This document shows positions 62,393-64,000 of a stretch of 64,000 nt of DNA, piece after piece. A program made the translations under genes and the position numbers. The number at the start of each line of letters is the position of its first letter. Positions within the stretch are counted from its first letter, which is position 1. Under the pieces are notes generated by a model, which was given only the letters and a program-made list of their open reading frames with translations, was not told the origin of the DNA and searched no databases. Source of the stretch: Alphaproteobacteria bacterium (GTDB lineage Bacteria; Pseudomonadota; Alphaproteobacteria; MPNO01); contig CBDFLJ010000001.1 of NCBI GenBank assembly GCA_965248835.1, positions 2,208,001 through 2,272,000 on the forward strand, given 5' to 3'.

Positions 62393-63538
62393 ATGAGCGA
62401 TGTCGAGGCGGTCGACTGGCTTGTCGGATTCGACACCACCTCGTCCAAGCCCAACCTGCCGCTGATCGATGCGGTCGCCGACTACCTTTCGGGCCACGGC
62501 GCGGCGGTCCGCAAGGTCCCCGACGGGACCGGCACCAAGGCTAATCTGTTCGCCACTTTCGGGCCGTCCGAGCCCGGCGGCATCGTCCTGTCGGGCCATT
62601 CCGACGTGGTCCCGGTCGAGGGCCAGCCCTGGACGTCGGATCCGTTCCGCATGGTCGAGCGCGACGGACGCCTGTACGGACGCGGCACCACCGACATGAA
62701 GGGCTTCATCGGCTGCGCCGTCGCGCTTGCGCCGGAGATCGCCGCCGCACCGCTGAGCCGGCCGATCCATATCGCGCTGTCCTATGACGAGGAGGTCGGC
62801 TGCGTCGGGGTCCGCCCGCTGATCGCGCTGATCGGCCGGGAGCTGCCGCGGCCCGGGCTTGCCCTCGTCGGCGAACCGACGGGGATGAAGGTGGTCAACG
62901 CCCACAAGGGCATCTCGCAGCAGGAGACCGTGGTCACCGGCCGCGACGGCCACTCCAGCCGGCCGGCGGCGGGAGTCAGCGCAATCCTTTATGCCGGCGA
63001 ATTCATCAGCCACATCGAGTCGGTGATCGGCGGGCTGCCGAAGGACGGCGCGGCGGCTTCGTTCGACCCGCCGGGGACGACCTTCAACATCGGCACCATC
63101 ACCGGGGGAACCGCGGTCAACATCATCGCCCGGCGCTGTGCGTTCAGATGGGAGTTCCGTCAGACCCCCAACGTCGATCCGGCCGACGTGCTCGCCCGGC
63201 TCGACGGCTTCGCCGTCCGTGCGCTGGTACCGCGGATGCGCGCCGTCGATCCCGACGCCGGAATCGAGACCATCGTCAACGTCGCCGCCCCCACCTTGGG
63301 GCCGCTGCCGGGCTCCCCGGCGGAGGCGCTGGCGCTGCGGCTGACCGGCCAGAACGGCGCCGACACGGCTGCCTATGTCTGCGAGGCGGGCCTGTTCGCC
63401 GAGGCCGGCATCCCGTCGATCGTCTGCGGGCCCGGCAGCGTCGCCCAGGCCCATCAGCCCGACGAGTTCGTCAGCCGAAGCCAGATCGCCGACTGCACCG
63501 CGTTTCTGCGCCGTGTGATCGACTCCGCGGCGGCGTGA
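62393..63538 (+). CDS. argE: Acetylornithine deacetylase (M20)
   Basis: SGHSDVVP, GRGTTDMKG, YDEEVGC, GEPT, AHQPDE; alternative GTG start at 62375. Confidence 0.88.
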   Translation: MSDVEAVDWLVGFDTTSSKPNLPLIDAVADYLSGHGAAVRKVPDGTGTKANLFATFGPSEPGGIVLSGHSDVVPVEGQPWTSDPFRMVERDGRLYGRGTTDMKGFIGCAVALAPEIAAAPLSRPIHIALSYDEEVGCVGVRPLIALIGRELPRPGLALVGEPTGMKVVNAHKGISQQETVVTGRDGHSSRPAAGVSAILYAGEFISHIESVIGGLPKDGAAASFDPPGTTFNIGTITGGTAVNIIARRCAFRWEFRQTPNVDPADVLARLDGFAVRALVPRMRAVDPDAGIETIVNVAAPTLGPLPGSPAEALALRLTGQNGADTAAYVCEAGLFAEAGIPSIVCGPGSVAQAHQPDEFVSRSQIADCTAFLRRVIDSAAA

Positions 63539-63562
63539 GCGCGCGGCGCCTCCGGCGGCCCG

Positions 63563-64000
63563 CTACGACCTGAAGAACTCCAGGCACACGCGGTCGAACT
63601 CCGCGCGGTGCTCGACCTGCGCCCAGTGGCCGCACTTGGCGAAGATGTACATGCGGGCGTTCTGAAACCGCTTCAGCATCATCAGCCCGGCCTCCATGGC
63701 GCCGCCCTTGTCCTCCTGACCCCACACCAGAAGCGTCGGCACCGCGTTCTTCTCGAGCTCGAAATAATAGTCGCGGCGCGGCTGCTTGATGCGCCGCTTC
63801 ACCTGATCAAGCGCTTCGGGCGTGGTCGCGGCCTCGAGGCGCTCCTGCACCAGCGCGTCGGTGACCATCGACGCGTCATGGACGAGGCTCGTGGCGAGCG
63901 TCTTCATCTTCTCGAAGGTCGGCCCCTCGTCCCGGTAGAACCTGACGATGTTGTGAAGCGCCTCCTGCGGCGTCGGCTGAAAAAACACCGTGTTGGTCGG
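63563..64000 (-). CDS. Alpha/beta hydrolase, meta-cleavage-product hydrolase-like (partial)
   Basis: PTLLVWGQED, CGHWAQVEH. Confidence 0.8.
   Translation of the reverse strand, partial: PTNTVFFQPTPQEALHNIVRFYRDEGPTFEKMKTLATSLVHDASMVTDALVQERLEAATTPEALDQVKRRIKQPRRDYYFELEKNAVPTLLVWGQEDKGGAMEAGLMMLKRFQNARMYIFAKCGHWAQVEHRAEFDRVCLEFFRS

Overview
High-GC alphaproteobacterial chromosome segment. It is probably from a marine-invertebrate or sponge symbiont; this is inferred from the secreted ankyrin, the giant FN3 autotransporter and sat-aprMBA. Core genes flank a ~51 kb accessory zone. Left core: pstA-pstB-phoU-phoB, arsC plus an aquaglyceroporin, and tRNA-Leu(CAA). Right core: sat-aprM-aprB-aprA, a metallophosphoesterase, argE and an alpha/beta hydrolase. 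The accessory zone has three parts. (1) A pair of tandem tyrosine recombinases. (2) A ~33 kb element (8112-41385) bounded by direct repeats of the 3' half of tRNA-Met, with matching arm-like sites and its own integrase. It is a gutted prophage that keeps a lambda-like cos region, methylases, tail-tip and lysis genes. Its cargo is a 2785-aa FN3 autotransporter, a secreted ankyrin protein, a type III RM system and a coupled ATPase / histidine kinase / receiver-kinase operon, which is the best candidate for an undescribed defence or signalling system. (3) A decayed conjugative-element and IS graveyard (41.4-56 kb) containing NYN, AlbA_2 and J-domain-KTSC genes. All family assignments come from motif recognition by eye; no database search was run.
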